From Nageia nagi (taxonomy: Eukaryota > Plantae > Pinophyta), in the NCBI GenBank assembly GCA_050084985.1, contig JBITNC010000001.1, positions 202,616,001-202,680,000 of the forward strand: a stretch of 64,000 bases of DNA. The letters run 5' to 3'. Positions 26,571-40,656 of the stretch are shown here, in pieces. The position numbers and the translations under genes are program-made. A model generated the notes under the pieces. It saw nothing but the letters and a program-made list of their open reading frames with translations, was not told where the DNA came from and made no database searches. Every line of letters begins with the position of its first letter. The stretch's first letter is position 1.

Positions 26571-27717
26571 TAGCTTCAACAGTATTGGACAACATTTCAT
26601 ACTATCATGATTATCTACAAAAGTATCATATCATTTATTTTCACCTTTCAAATGACAGAAAGAAGTTCAACCCAAAGGCATCCATGGGAGATAAATATCA
26701 TACATCAGGAACAACAAAACAAGTATGTTTCAAGTTTATCATGCTTTTCTGTAATGTTTATATCTACTTCTTGCTTATCTCCTTAATTCCTCTTGATTTT
26801 GGGGGAATTTGCAAAACACATGCAATTTGGGAAAGTTACTTTGAATCGCAAACAGTTTGGAAATGTCGAAATATTTGGAAGTTTACTTTCGTAAAATTGC
26901 TTAGAATAACTGCAAATGGCATGTTTTTCATGAAAAATGTTAGATTTGTCATTCTGAAAATAAAAGTTCATTTGATAAACTTAGGAATATCATCATGTTT
27001 TCTCAACTAGTGCACCATGCTATTCAAAAGATCATCTCATTCATTATCACTATTCATCTTATCTATTCATAAAATTATCATTTCTCTCATGATCATCAAA
27101 GTTCAACAACAATTATCAATTCATCAAGCATTATCATGTTTATCAAATGTTAATCAAATATTATCATAGATTATCATGTTTTTTCAAATATAATCGAAGC
27201 ATTAGCAAAGCTGCTCATGTGCTAGCAAAGTTTACCTTGTTTATCAAATGTTTTTTATGCGTAAGCAAAGTTTACCTTGTTTATCAAAAGCTGCTCATAT
27301 TTTGGCAAAATAACATGTTTATCAAAAACTAAAGTTTCTCATGTAAAGCAAAGATTATCATAGAATATCATGCTTATCAAATTTTGTCAAAGAATTTAAC
27401 ATGATTATCAAGTGTATGTGTCTTACAAAGAAACAAGACAAAAAGTAGAAGCCATTCACAACTCCCCTAGCATTCAAGTTTATCCTTTTAAGAAACACCA
27501 ACTTCAACATCAAGCTTGAAGGCATGAAGGGCAAATCAAGCAATATCATACATCTTACAAGATGATCAAACATCATCTAACAAGTAAACACAAGTATATC
27601 TATGTTTTGCTGCATCATCTCTGATTACCACTGTTTTATCATATCTATATTATTAATGTTTATTAAGATAATCAAAGACTATCAAGTTTTCAACAATATC
27701 ACACTTGATGAACATTA

Positions 27718-27892
27718 GATAATATCACCCTTTTCATCTTTAAGCCATCAAAAAAACCCTTCATGGCAACCCCATGATCATATCACCCTTTTAGTCTTTA
27801 GAGCAATAAATAACTCTTCATCACAACCCCATGATAATATCACCCTTTTGGTCTTTGGGGCAACGGAAGACCCTTCGTGCCAACCCCATGAG
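27718..27892. repeat. Tandem repeat, ~57-58-bp unit, 3 copies
   Basis: gataatatcaccctttt...caaccccat repeated three times. Confidence 0.85.
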
Positions 27893-28124
27893 GACACCAC
27901 AAATCCTCTGGGTAGACAACCAAGATCAATGCTTATCATGTTTAACAATGTTCATCATGTTCATTAAATGTTTCTCATGTTATGTTTCTTATAATGGTCA
28001 TTAATGCTTATCATACTGCTGATCACGTGCATGCTTATCATTTGTTTATCATGTTCACCATGCTATGTTATCGAAATGTTTACCAAAAATTAAAATAACT
28101 ATCAATTCTTGTTGTAAGACACAT

Positions 28125-29055
28125 GTCATTTAGTAAAGGACGCACACAACTTGCAACAGCTCATACCAAAGTTATTAGAAGCGAAATCCAATAAGAGTCT
28201 TTTTCTTTTGGCTAGAGGAGTTAGATTAATCAGGAATTGGATTAGAATTGGAAAAAAAAATGGACAAAAAATCGGCATATAAGAAAAACCAAGGAATTTT
28301 CCCAATTTGACATTGAAAGTTTGAAACAAATAATTTTTAGTTATCTCTCAACATTGCATATCAAATAAGACAACATTCCATATCAAATAACACATTACAC
28401 AAGTAAAAACATAATGTAACATTAAAAATTGTAGAGTTTTATATTAAATATCGAATGTCCAAGGACAAAAATACATCAAAGATTTCTAATTTAACAAAAC
28501 AAAATCTGAACCAAATCATTTATTTATATTGTCTTTGTTTCCCCTTTCTTTGTCTCTCTTTTGCAGCTCGAGCCCTAGTTCTTGTTGGTTCTTCTTCTAC
28601 TTCTTCTTGGAATATGATGGATCCCCTACTTGTGGTTGTGACTTTAATCCTAATGCTCTAGCCCTTTCCTCTTTCTCTTCCATTGTAATAACTTCTTCAA
28701 ACCTTTCAAGCTTTAGAAACTTATTTGGATGTGTTGGAATCTCGGTTAATTCATGAAACATGTTGTTTCCCCTAGCTCCTCTCAGCTCATGGTTTGAAGA
28801 AAATGTGAAAATGAGTCAGATTTCATGTTTTTAACCTCACTACCCGCCTATCAAAGAATCGATGATTTTTCCATTGGGGAGTTGGGCCACTTAGTAATAG
28901 AGAGTAGGGGTTTCAAAAAATCAGAATCAGGATTCCAGTCAAAAAATTGCAATGTTCAGGGAAAAAACACGGAATTGGTTAAAAAAAATCGTTTAGTTGG
29001 AGGATTCCAATTAATTGGCAAAAAATCAGACTGCATCAGGATTCTGATAACATTG
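28125..29055. mobile_element. Probable hAT-derived non-autonomous fragment inside family F
   Basis: TIR-like end gattctgataacattg; subterminal aaaaaatcgg/aatcag repeats; compositional break from flanks. Confidence 0.4.
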
Positions 29056-31242
29056 GCTCAAACAACACACATGTATCTTGTTCCAAGATCACCTTAGAAC
29101 TCCAAGAATGTCATTTTGCTATTTAAATATCATGATGATGGTCATACTCTTTCTTATATACATTGTCAAAATACTTTATCAATGATTGTGATCATCAATG
29201 ATTATGAAAATGCTTATTAATTATTGCCAAAATGCTTATCAATGATTGTCAAATGCTTATCATGTTCAATACTATATCAATTTTTATCATGTATGTCTTT
29301 TACATTGATAAAAGGGGTTGTTTGATCACTATCGAGGAATGCTAATGTCCCCTATGCTACCCAAGGAAACTCCTAAACATCTTCTCCCTTGCAGTACTCT
29401 TTTTCTTTTTAGTTATCATTTTGCTTTGAACTCCTTCCAACCAAGGTTTTCACCAGCAATTCAAGGCAAAAGGGGCAAGTAACAAAGAAAAGAATACAAG
29501 ATTATCTCCAATTTCAAGATGTGTGTGGCCTAGAGCATCCCTTCCAAGACTCATGCGACTTGCTTCAAGCAAAGAAATGAGCACATTCAAGCTTCCACTT
29601 ATCCCTTGCATCCATGAACAAGACATCAATTGTCTCCAATATCAATAGAAGTTCATATCCTTTATCACTTTGGGAATGTGGTATCATGTCTCTCCACCAC
29701 ACTCCCAAAGGGGGCAAACTACAGATACTTAAATATGATTTTGCTATTTTAAAATACATTCATTTAAGTATCTAAAATTATTTATTTAGAAAAGTGCAAA
29801 TGGGGCATAACTAGAGGCTAAATTCAAATTTTATGATTATTTAAAGGTCATGTCGATTAACTTCATGTTTAAGTAATGTTTTCCTATGAAATGCTTCGCA
29901 TTTTAGATTTTAAGGGATATACAAAGATTATCAAGCAAGATCATCACTAAGCTCATCCATTGGTTTCGAAAAACCATATTCTAGCACAAAGTGATAGAAC
30001 GTCAACAAAGAAGATCGTTTTCACTTAAAGAAGATCATCATAGCAAATTCATTACGAGATCCTCATCCATTCAAGATGCATGCAGGCTAGAACAAATTTT
30101 TAAACCGCATGTGGCCTAGAATTTCTGCTACAAAATGCATGCAGCTTGGAAAAAGAATTAAATTTTCAGACTTCTCGTTTTGTGCTGATCATTTTGATGT
30201 ATGACATGATAGGGTTTCAATCACAAATAGAGTTAATCTTTAAATGTTTTTCATCTACACATCATTCATCCTGCTGATTTTAGGATTTTCCCTCCAAAGC
30301 ACAATGTGTTCAATAGCAAGATCATGATTCTCGTCTAAACCAGCTAGGTTTCTCAACCCATCTTTTCATATTTCTATTTATCATTGATTATTGTTCTTTG
30401 TACATTTCAACTTATCATTGTTTTGTCACTATTCATTGACATACTATAACAACTTAATCCGCAAAGACCTTCGCTAACAAATACTCAACATATTAAATAA
30501 TTCATTTTTGAGACATCTGATCATATGAAGGTTGTGTGTGCTAGGATCACTATCTCTATATCATTGTTGGAAAACTCAGATTCAACAAAAATTCAACAAG
30601 GCAAATTTTTTAGAGTACTTAAGGACTCGGAGATTACTTGGCAAAAAAACCTCAAACATTTCATGAAAAAAATTAAAAAAAATATATTTAAATATGAAAT
30701 TAAAGAGTTGCAAAGTAAATTTTCTATTAGATTTAAATGACATAAGTACATTCATCATCTGTGATCATCCAAAATACAACAATGTAAATAGTCAAGTAGT
30801 TATATTTCTAATTTCTAAAGTCTAAACTTTAAGAGTCTAAATTGATGGTGAACCTTCAAATCCTCCACGAACAAATCTATAGAGCAAAAGAGAGAGCCAA
30901 TGAGAAATGAGAGAAAAAAAGGGCATTTTAGGACTATCGCTAAGTATTTTGTTTTTGGGAGGGGGGAGTTCCACTTTGCACGGTAGATAGCTGAGCACTT
31001 GACAAGTTACTTGGCTCAAGGAAAACATGCAAGAACTCGTCAATCAAACACTAGTTTTCCTACTATGCTCTATATCATGTTTTCATGAAATGATGATTAA
31101 TGTTGTATGATAAATGTATGGTAAATAATTCTATGCTTTTGAATAATTTATCATATTATGAGACATTGTTATACTCGGAAACTACCTTCTCTTTCTCTCT
31201 ATGTATTTCAGGTTACATCAACATATTTACGTAAAGGGGTGC

Positions 31243-31406
31243 AGAGAGAGAGGGGGGGAGGGAGAGAGGGAGAGGGAGAGTGAGAGAGAGGGGGGGAGGG
31301 AGAGAGGGAGAGGGAGAGTGAGAAAGAGTGAGAGATAGAGGGGGGGAGAGGGGGAGAGGGAGAGAGGGGGAGAGAGAGAGAGGGGGAGAGAGAGGGGGGG
31401 GCGGGG
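31243..31406. repeat. Purine-rich (GA/GGA) microsatellite-like tract
   Basis: About 160 bp almost entirely G and A. Confidence 0.95.
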
Positions 31407-31701
31407 AAACTTCATGGGGATGATGTCAAACTTATGAGGAAATATCCTTGAGAAACACAATAGTGACAAGGTTGCAACCAATTCCATGTTTGATCTCATT
31501 TCACCCTTTTGAATACTTAAAAATTGATTGTTTTGAATTTCTCATCCTACATAATCAAAATTGAAAAAAAGAAAATAAACCATAGTGTTATTTAGAAAAT
31601 TCAAGAAAAAGGATATTTATGGGAGTACAAGATTTTATATTTTACAAAACACCTAAATAATGCATTAATACCTTATTTAAATAATAAATATATAAGCTTA
31701 T

Positions 31702-34700
31702 GGAGATCTGATGGAGCATTCAAATGGGCAAAAGGGCAAGAGAGATGAGGTTAGGCTTTTAGGGGGTGGTAAAGAGTTGGAGCAACGATGTGATTGCGAG
31801 AGAGCGCATTGTGGTCGAAAGCTAGTTGAAGGACATTGGTTTGCTGCTAGGCGTCCTTTAGAACCAAGTGTTACTGGTTTGAGATTGTATTTATCAGCAT
31901 TGGGAGTGGAGGACATAGGGTCTCCCTAGAACACTTCAGTTGAAGGACGACATGTTGGGGTTCAGTCTAAGAGCAAATCCTGGGTGCATGTGATCTAGGA
32001 TCAAGGAAGAAAAAGGAAATCTAACCACATTGCTGACTTTCACCCTCAACAAGGTAGACTACTCATTACCCATGCTATTATTGCTTTTCTTCAAGCACAA
32101 GGAGCATACGATTTGGTGGGAAGTCTTTTTGGGCCCAAACCTAATTTGGATACCCTTAGGCAGTGGACAATGGGGAAATGGAGACTGAGAGGCCTATTAG
32201 ATATCACAACCTTGTTAAAAGGGTTTTTCCTGGTAAAGTTGGATTTGTTAGAAGACATGCAACAAATCTTATCAAGTGGGCCATGGTTCTTTAGGAAGAG
32301 AGGCTTTTTCTTGAGGAGATGGGGGCCAAATTTTGATCCCAACACACAACGATTTAATATGGCACCCATGTGGATTAGGCTTCCAGGTCTACCTATGCAT
32401 TACTGGCATGAAGATGTTTTGATGGGGATTGTTAGGGTTGTAGGAACTCCAATAGTGTTGGACACTGCAACTAAGAATAGATCTCAAATGGTGTACATTG
32501 GGATTAGTGTCCAAGTTGATCTAGATGGATCTCTACCAAACTCTATTACCTTGGTCTTAAATTTGGGGAACATGGGTGTAGGAGATAGAGTATGAATCAA
32601 AACCCAAAGCCTGTTCCAGTTGTGCTTAGCTAGTCATATGGCAAGTAGATGTACACTGGAGAATTCAGGAGGAGATATTGCAAACCAGGCTACAAGGAAC
32701 CAAAATAACCTGATGCCAGTTAACCAGGTAGATTTCAAAACCCTCAAGGAAGTGGCAATCAAATCATCTCTAGAGAGAAGGCTTGAAGAAGAGAGTCTTC
32801 ATCCCAAAGGAGATCAAGAGATACAGGAGAAGGTCGGGGATGGTGTCCCAGAGAAGACCCTGAGGGAAAGGGTAGCAAGTAGCGACACACTCGAAGACAA
32901 AGGAAAACTGAGATCCTCTTGTGAATAAAGGGCCTCATGATAGGGGAGCTTTGAAGAAACAACAGAATGACCAATGGGTAGTAGTCCAAGTAGCGAAAGG
33001 AGGAGAGGAGATACCAGAGACTCAGCCTTTGCCCCATGTTGGGTCTACTTCAAAGGTGTTATGGGAGGGGGGGGGCACCCAGAATGAGGAGATGATCCTG
33101 GAAACACAGTGGAGTAATCCACATATTCAAGTGGAAGAAGGGGAAATTGGATCTCCAGGTACGTATCCTATGATCCAAAGAAAAACACCAGTAAGGAAGG
33201 AAGTCTCCCAAGTTGATAGGGCAATGGCGAAGGAAACCTCTGAGGAACAAAGATGTCTAGTTCCATACCTCCAAACAGGTGAGTCATAAACTAATGTGGA
33301 TGTAATGTACACTGTTAGTGATGAGGAAGTAGTTGAGCACGTTGTGAAGTTGGAGCAACTCCTAGGAATCAACCCATCGGAACATATGAGGAAGGCCTTA
33401 GTGGATAAATTTCAAGTCAAATTGACTCAACAAGCTAGAGAGAAAATAGAAAGAGAATTAAAAAAGGAAATGGAGGGCCCGAAACCTTACCCCCAAAAGT
33501 ACTATTTCACGATTGACCAGCTTTTGGAGAAAGGTCTTTCTAAAAAAGAGGCCACAACATTACAGAAATGGGATCAAAGCCACCATGTTTTTTGACGGAA
33601 TAAGTTTGAGGAAGTGGCCAGGCAAAACCAAGGGGCAGGGAACCCTACCAAAAACACTAGGAGCAGAAGAGGAAGGAGACATTAGTTTTTTTTTTTTATG
33701 GACCTTTGACTGGTGTTGATTATGTGTGCATCAAGGTATCCTTTTGATATATCTTAAACCCTAATAAATTTTGTTTTAGTGGATTTAAATAAGTTTAGGA
33801 ATCTCGAGGATTCTTTGTCCAATTTATCTCCTTTGCTGCTTTTGTGGGATTGTTTTGAATATCTTAGACTGATGTAAAAGGTAGCTGGTCCTTTTTTTTG
33901 GTAAGGGTAAAAAAGAAGAGCGGGTTTTCCAAAAAACAGGGCCCCAAAAACTGTATATACATCATGATAGATATTCAACAGAGTTACATTTGAGACAAAA
34001 ACTAACACAAAGTTTCTTCCGTAAATGAGAAGAGAACTATGGAATATAGGTTATCAACTTACTCCATTGGTTCCTATTCATACCACCCTTTCACATGCTG
34101 CCACAATTAGATAATTATCAATCTCAAGATTTAAATCTGCTAGTGTGTGATTCAACAATTCTCTGAGTGAATCTGCTACAAAACCTGTAGCATGTAGATT
34201 ATCACCTCATTTCTTCTTAGTTTTGAGGAGGAATCCTCTTCCAAGGCCTTCAAGTGTTGCTTGTTTTCCATCAACGACTTCCTTTGCAGTCTCTAATTCT
34301 CTGAGTTCTCCTTCACTTGGTCATCCAACATGTCTTTGTCCTATATCAAGTTTCTTCGAAGTACTACGTAGTACTCTTTGATAGGTTTCTTTACTTGTAG
34401 TGTCATTAGATTGAGTTGGACTAGCTCGATTCTTTCTACTTTTCACCGTTTGCCATTCCTCATTCTAAGAACGATCAAGATCCATACTGAGCTAGATAGG
34501 TTCAACTGCACGATTTGATGGACTTTCATTGGTTGGAGGGTTATTTTTAGCCCCTGTAACAAGATCATCAGTGCCTTGCGCTGTCTTGCCATCTTCTAGC
34601 CTGCTTGACTTATTCTCCATAGTCTATTTAGGGTTGATCTCACCTCCCTCTAGGTCATTCTCCTCCATTTCTTATTCAAAATATGGTTCCTCCTAGGGTG

Positions 34701-35640
34701 GTTTCGATCTCCATTATTTTTTATCCTGTAGCACTCTCTTTGGGCACACTCTCGCAATGTGAGCAACCTAATTACATAGGGAGCATAAGTAGTTATTTGG
34801 TTCATACTTAATTTCTTAGTCAAAATCTCGTCACTGCTTCCAGAGTGTTAGCTGTTGGGATTTTCTCCCTGAATTCTACCATGACACAATATCGAGCCGA
34901 TATCATTTGTGTTCGAGCTTTTGTTACATCATCCGTTTTGATAAATCTTCCAAAGGAATTGCTAATTTCTTCAAAAACATTTTGGTGCCAAAGGTCAAAC
35001 GAGAGCTTGGATAGTGTAACCTAGATTGGTGCTCTCAAGATCTGTACTTTAGTCAAGTCAAATCCGAGCTACCTTCTCTCCAGGAATAGTCCCCTGTTGC
35101 CTATGAACCATCCAAAGCTCAGAATTTCATTTCAATCCTCTTCATTCCCTAAAACAAAGAGCAAATAGTCATTTGGTAAGGCTATTATATCCAGACTTCC
35201 TCTTAGTTTCCATTTGAACTTCGCCCATCTCCGCACATCATCTATATTTGGCCTAGCTCCCTCTACTTTGCCAATTAAGCTCAGTCGCCCTCTTTCCGTT
35301 GTCTGATCTGTATCTGTTCGTGGGACTTTAGATGAAGCTTCCCATTCGGTTCCCATGTTGCTTGCAATGGGGGCATCGATTTTTGCCTCCTGGGAAAAGA
35401 GTTCCCGCCATGGTTTTTGTCTTTCCATTTGCCTACAGGGCAACTCGAAAACCTAGGCGCATTCTAAGAAGCAAAAGAAAGTTAAATAGATTTACCTTGC
35501 TATTGGTGTAGGAGGTTCCTATCTGTCACCATTCCCCTCCCGACCTTCTACGGACAAGATTAATCCTGCTTTCGCTCACCTAGGTCTTAGTAGCGGGTCC
35601 TTTCAAAACCCTTCTTTTTTTTCTATTTGTCAAAAAATAA
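31702..35640 (+). mobile_element. ORF1-only L1-derived element (a), interrupted near its 3' end by element (b)
   Basis: TSD ATAAATATA(t/a)AAGC(t/a)TAT at 31684-31701 and 35641-35658; DUF4283-type ORF1 (GPWFFRKRGFFLRRW, APMWIRLPGLPMHYW) and zinc-knuckle remnant; A-rich tail tgtcaaaaaataa; no ORF2. Confidence 0.8.
33895..35589 (-). mobile_element. ORF1-only L1-derived element (b), ~1.7 kb
   Basis: TSD GTAGC(t/g)GGTCCTTT at 33881-33894 and 35590-35603; tail ttacccttaccaaaaaaaa; ORF1 LIGKVEGARPNIDDVRRWAKFKWKL, CSLCN.VAHIARVCP knuckle, ends KQATLEG...KTKKK stop; no ORF2. Confidence 0.85.
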
Positions 35641-37049
35641 ATAAATATAAAAGCATATTTAGACTAAATGAATAATTTAGAATTATAGTTTGAAATTCCA
35701 TGCAAATTTGAATGGGCAATACTACAAATACATTTGAAACACTAAGGAGGCGCCAAAGGTTTTAGAAGCTCCAAGGGAAGCGTAGTTGTTTTTGCTTCCC
35801 ACTTACCTCCTCCTTGGGAAGAAGAGGCCATCATCACTCGTGCAAAGGGGAAAAGACCACCCCATTCTTCCCTTTTGCTAGCTTGCACGTGTGCATGCAA
35901 GGTAAGGAGAGTCATAGCTTTTTATAAGCCATGAGACCCCTTGCTTGCCAGATGTGGAAAATGGAGGATGAATTTTGGAGAAACGAATGGAGGAATCAGT
36001 TTATAAGGGAGAAAATGTACTCCAGACTTCATCTAAAATTGGGTAACGGTTGTGTCTTCCCCAATTTTGCTATCAATTTTCTAAGCTAATCCTATATTCT
36101 ACTCAGCTGCATTTGTATTCACTCTAACCACGAAAAAAAATCTAAGTTGAGTATATTAAAAATATGTTTGCATTTGTTTTTACTTTTTAGCCAATAATTT
36201 ATAATGGGTATGTCTCAAACTGTTTTTATTTACTCTAAACATGAAAAATCTGAGTTGGATATATTAGAAAACTTGTTTGCATTGTTTTTAACCAAAACTT
36301 TATAATGGGTATGCTGAAATCTAATGTATTTATTCCAGAGTGGAATATGTAAACATTGATTTGGCTTTCATTTGTCAACCTAGTGTTGTCACAAAATTGT
36401 GACCCTTTAAAAAAATGTTTGAAACTAGTGTCACGAATCACAAATATTGTCTGAATACAACAGATTTGAGACTATCCAGCTATAGCCTCTTTTATGGGTT
36501 AATCTCTCCTCAACAACATAATTGCAAACCCAAGATTGTAACCCTCTTTTAGATCCTCTCTACAGATTTATCAATCAAAGATCTACCAAAAAACAAAATA
36601 AAAGCCATTGCCTATTTGTGTAAAAGTTGATCAATTCACCAAAAGATGACCATATAAAACTACAAAAGACCGATGCTTAAACCTCAACATAGTACATTGG
36701 GCATGGAGTCAGAAGAACAACAAAGAAAAGGTAAATATTGAACAACTTTGTTCAAATAATGCAACATGCATGTATAAACCCTTGTTCAAATAATGTGACT
36801 AATGTAGTACAGCATTCACAAGAGAAATACAATGACAGCATTCAAGTAATGTAATACTATCATAAATGACCACAAAACTCATCACATAACAGGATACTAG
36901 AACCAAACAAGGAGCCCTTTGTAATGAAAATTCATTACATTTTGTTTGTGAGATACAACAAACATGCTATACTCTCCAATTTACAACTTCCTCCATTCAA
37001 ATAATGTCAGAGGCACAAAAAGATCCTAAGCTAAAATCCTCAGCTATCT

Positions 37050-40000
37050 TGAAAAAACTTGCAGCTCCTAGAAACGATCTGAGACTTTGCATTCAGTCTT
37101 GGTTCCTGAATTTGACAAGAGAAACACGGAAAGATGAGGAAAACACAGGACAGACTAAGCACTCGTACCTCACAGGTTCCAAAGTTCAAAAATTGCAAAA
37201 GGATCAGGAGCTTGTCTTCCTTCTGCTACTTAAAAGTTTTTAAATTTCTTCATCTTTGCCTTGGGCAATAATAATCCTGTCATATTTATCATCTTTTCCT
37301 TTTACATCTTCTAAGTGTACTATAAACTCCAACACATTCATAAAATCAGTCATTTCCCTGAAAATCTTGTTGAGACTGGGAAATTTATTGTAAAAGGCGT
37401 GTATGGTATTTTTTTGTAAATTTCCACAAATGGTGACAAAGCTATCCTATTTTCTTTTAGTGGGTTTGTCTGAGTAGCACTTGTAACATGTTCAGCCTGT
37501 AACAGTTACAGGGCAGCTAAGTCCTGTACTATCTGTATTAGCTGAGATTGCTCTAAATTCTTTTAGTTTCTTTTCCAACTCTAACTTTTCCTACAACAAT
37601 GTCTTGCTGCTCTCATATAGACTTTTAACTGTTGTCCCTGAAGTACCTGTGCTCATTTGATAGAAAACTGGGGGGGTCTTGTTGCATCTTGAGATTCATT
37701 CCCCTGTAGTTAGTTCAACAGTGGTTGCTTTTGCTTCTGGAGGCAAGGAAACTGAAATGGTTATAGGTGTAACACTCACAGGTGGTGGTGATGATGGCCT
37801 TTGCACGATGGGAGTTTCAGAAACATCCACTATTGCTAGAGGGTCTCTCCCTTCTTCAATCATTTGCAATTTTTTATCATCAATTGCAGTTAACTTCTAA
37901 GTTACCAGATACGTCTGCAGAAGGGGTGGATACGGGTACGATATGCACCAGATACGGATCCGGATTCGAAACGCCTGTGGATTTGTTCAGGGTGCATTTA
38001 TTTGGAGTCGCATACACTGCCGACGTACCTGGGACATACCCAGGTGTATTGGGATGAACCCAGCACGTATCCATAGCATTTGGCAGATTTTTAAATGAAG
38101 TTTATCATTTTTTTATTGTTTTTTTATTTTTCTCCTTGACTTTGACTAATTGAACATGGGAAACCCTAAAAGTTACCTCTTAAAGGCCTTGAGCCTTCTA
38201 AACTCATTCATTCTTGTTCATTTTTCTTGCAACAGCAAATTATTTTCCCAAGAGGCTGAGCATTGTCTTCAGAGTTGACGAGTGATCAAAGGGAGCTTCT
38301 ACGAGGATTGTATTGCCATTCCTACTCATTTGCAAGTGTTCATTGGCTGCCAAGAAGATCGGAGAAGGATCTTTTTGCAAAGAGGTAAGTTTTTTCAAAT
38401 TTTTCTTCTTTCTTTTCAAGCTTGAAGCATAGAATAAAAATACGGTTTTTTGAAAATAAGGCCTAGGGCCAAATAAGAAAAATACATCAAAGACAATAGA
38501 AAAATACAGGAAAAAGGGGAAAAAAAAGCCAAAAATACTATAGAAGGTAAGTATTTTTAAAATACGGTTAAATACAGGACCCATGAAAATACGAGTTTAA
38601 ACGGAGTTTTTTTTATTCTATGGCTTGAAGTTTGAGTTTGTTTATTTATGTTTTTAATTCTTACTTTTAGTTTTTTTCCATTAGTTTTAGTTTTTTTATT
38701 TATGTTCACCATTATGGCTTCATGTGTCGTTGAATCTTCCTCAGCCAACTGCTCTTAAGATGTTGTAATTTGGTGCTCTAAAGAAGTGGAAGCACCTGCA
38801 ACCAGCTTGTCTTGTTGTGAAGGAACAACTTGAGAAACTCATTGCGGACGTAGTATCTACATTTTTCAACACATACAGGAGAAGTGAAATTCTTTGCAAG
38901 TAAACATCCATTTCATTATCCTCATCCCAGATCTTCAACGTTGTCTGGCAACAATGGTCCTATATTGAGAGGTATGTTCTCAAAGTATTTTTGTTTTAAA
39001 TCTGTCAATTCCTTAGAATCTTTTTGCCAACAAATTCCAATTTGTAATAGAATCTGACCTCTTTGGGATATTTATTCCATACTACTTATGCTGGTCCACC
39101 CTTTTTCAATGTCTGACTCAGCTCATCTTCAAAGTTGTTTCGTGCATGAGTAACACAAATATAGGTACCAAGTTACCAACCTTTTTAATCAGATCCCTAT
39201 GGTTTTTCCAGGGATAATATGGCCTCCAGGTTACTTCTTGCAAACAAAATTCATCCATTTTCTCGATACTACTCAACATGGATTGGTAACCATTATACAG
39301 ATAATGGCCAAACCTAAAAGGTGGTACAAGCCAAGGGATTTTACCCACTTTTTTTAACAGCTTCACTTTGGCATCTTTCAATCATTTGCCTTATAATCGA
39401 TTAATCTCCAATCCAATAAAAGAAAAAGATCCAAAGACAAGCAGGGCTTTTGTCGGTATTTTGAACCCATAAACTCTTATGAAAGAAAAATCTTTAACCA
39501 AAAAATAATCACCAACATGGTTGTCCACCAAGAAATTATACAAAGAATCACTGGACCACTGTGGGGTTATCCAAATAAAGCGATGTACATTGTTGGAAGG
39601 AAATCTCCATAAAATTTACCTTTATTACCAACTCCACCTCCTTCATGAATCATGACAAGATTATCTTGGATATACTCTACATCTACCCGTCCAAGGCTAT
39701 GAATTGTTTGATTGTCTGGCTATCCTATCATGAAGTGTATGAAAATTGAGTACAAAGAAAAATGAGACATCATGTCATGATCTTGCTCTACTGTTGTTTT
39801 CAGAGTAGTCATCTCCTGATGAATTTTAGAAAATTATATATATTGATGAGCCTGTATCTATTGTTTTAATTTTTGACAAACAGATATAAAATTTTCCTTG
39901 GCACCCAATCAAAGTCCTTTTCACCTAATACAATCTTCAACATATCTACAAAATCCATCACCCAAAACTTCAAGATACCTTTTCTAATTGGGAATTGTTT

Positions 40001-40500
40001 TCGAATTGGCGCATTACTTCTTAAGTGTGTTTAATACAAGGTAGTGTGATAATCTTCAAGGATTGTTGAATTATTTCTTGTTGGTTTACAGTTACTGAGC
40101 TAGGGTAAAACTTGAAAATTCTTCTAAATTCATTAGAGTTAAATTGAAAGCAACACGGCCATCTTTTCTCCTAAAGACTCTATTTTGAGGATCATAATTT
40201 TCAGCAAACCAGGTCATCAAGTCTGAGGAGAGACATACTTGCAGGCAGATGATTTACCCAAGTTGGAATCCCATTTATGACAGTATGGTGTGATGTGCCT
40301 TTGAGGATTTGGCCTTGTTGTAGAGCTTCTTCATCAGCATCGAGGATATGTGAGATATCTCTTCCACATTGCGGTTTGCTAAATCGATGATATGAATATC
40401 CTTTGAAATAACCCCACCTACAAATTGCTGATAAGGGCTTAGCTTAGACTTGTCATATTTCTCCTTAGCTTAGACTTGTCATATTTCTCCATCTTTAAGC
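37050..40500 (-). pseudogene. Degenerate accessory ORF of element D (split by hAT fragment)
   Basis: FAENYDPQNRVFRRKDGRV; GDYFLVKDFSFIRVYGFKIPTKALLVFGSFSFIGLEINRL; LQEVTWRPYYPW; C-terminal EKLELEKKLKEF coiled-coil-like segment. Confidence 0.6.
37895..38900 (+). mobile_element. Probable hAT 5' fragment nested in element D
   Basis: GC-rich subterminal repeats (gatacgggtacg, cgtacc, cgtatcc) followed by a leader with an intron-like AT tract. Confidence 0.5.
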
Positions 40501-40656
40501 TCGTATTATATCTCTATTAAATGCTTCAATTTTGTTCTGTCTGTGCAATTTCTTCAGCTACGAATTCTTCTCAGTTCATAATGGATGCAAGTAGGCACTA
40601 TGATACGTTTGCCATGCTTTTATCTACGTGAAGCATGCCACATTTAACTTGCCACC

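Larger units (their letters stand above)
24825..30437 (+). mobile_element. Non-autonomous Tat/Ogre-like LTR element (family F)
   Basis: Diverged direct repeats ~24825-25558 and 29720-30437; PPT aaagggggcaaac at 29707-29719; internal tandem arrays; no gag/pol recognised; TSD not found. Confidence 0.7.

Noticed and set aside
26115-27010. 127-aa and 194-aa hydrophobic ORFs
   Set aside because: Arise from the 28-bp tandem array and low-complexity TCAT-rich DNA
31227-31499. 90-aa Pro/Leu/Ser-rich ORF
   Set aside because: Translation of the GA microsatellite
35660-36383. Possible Helitron or MULE host of the 41-bp minisatellite
   Set aside because: No convincing TIR, TSD or terminal hairpin plus CTRR identified
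40439-40490. Perfect 26-bp direct repeat
   Set aside because: Simple local tandem duplication in the decayed element D ORF; no insertion between the copies
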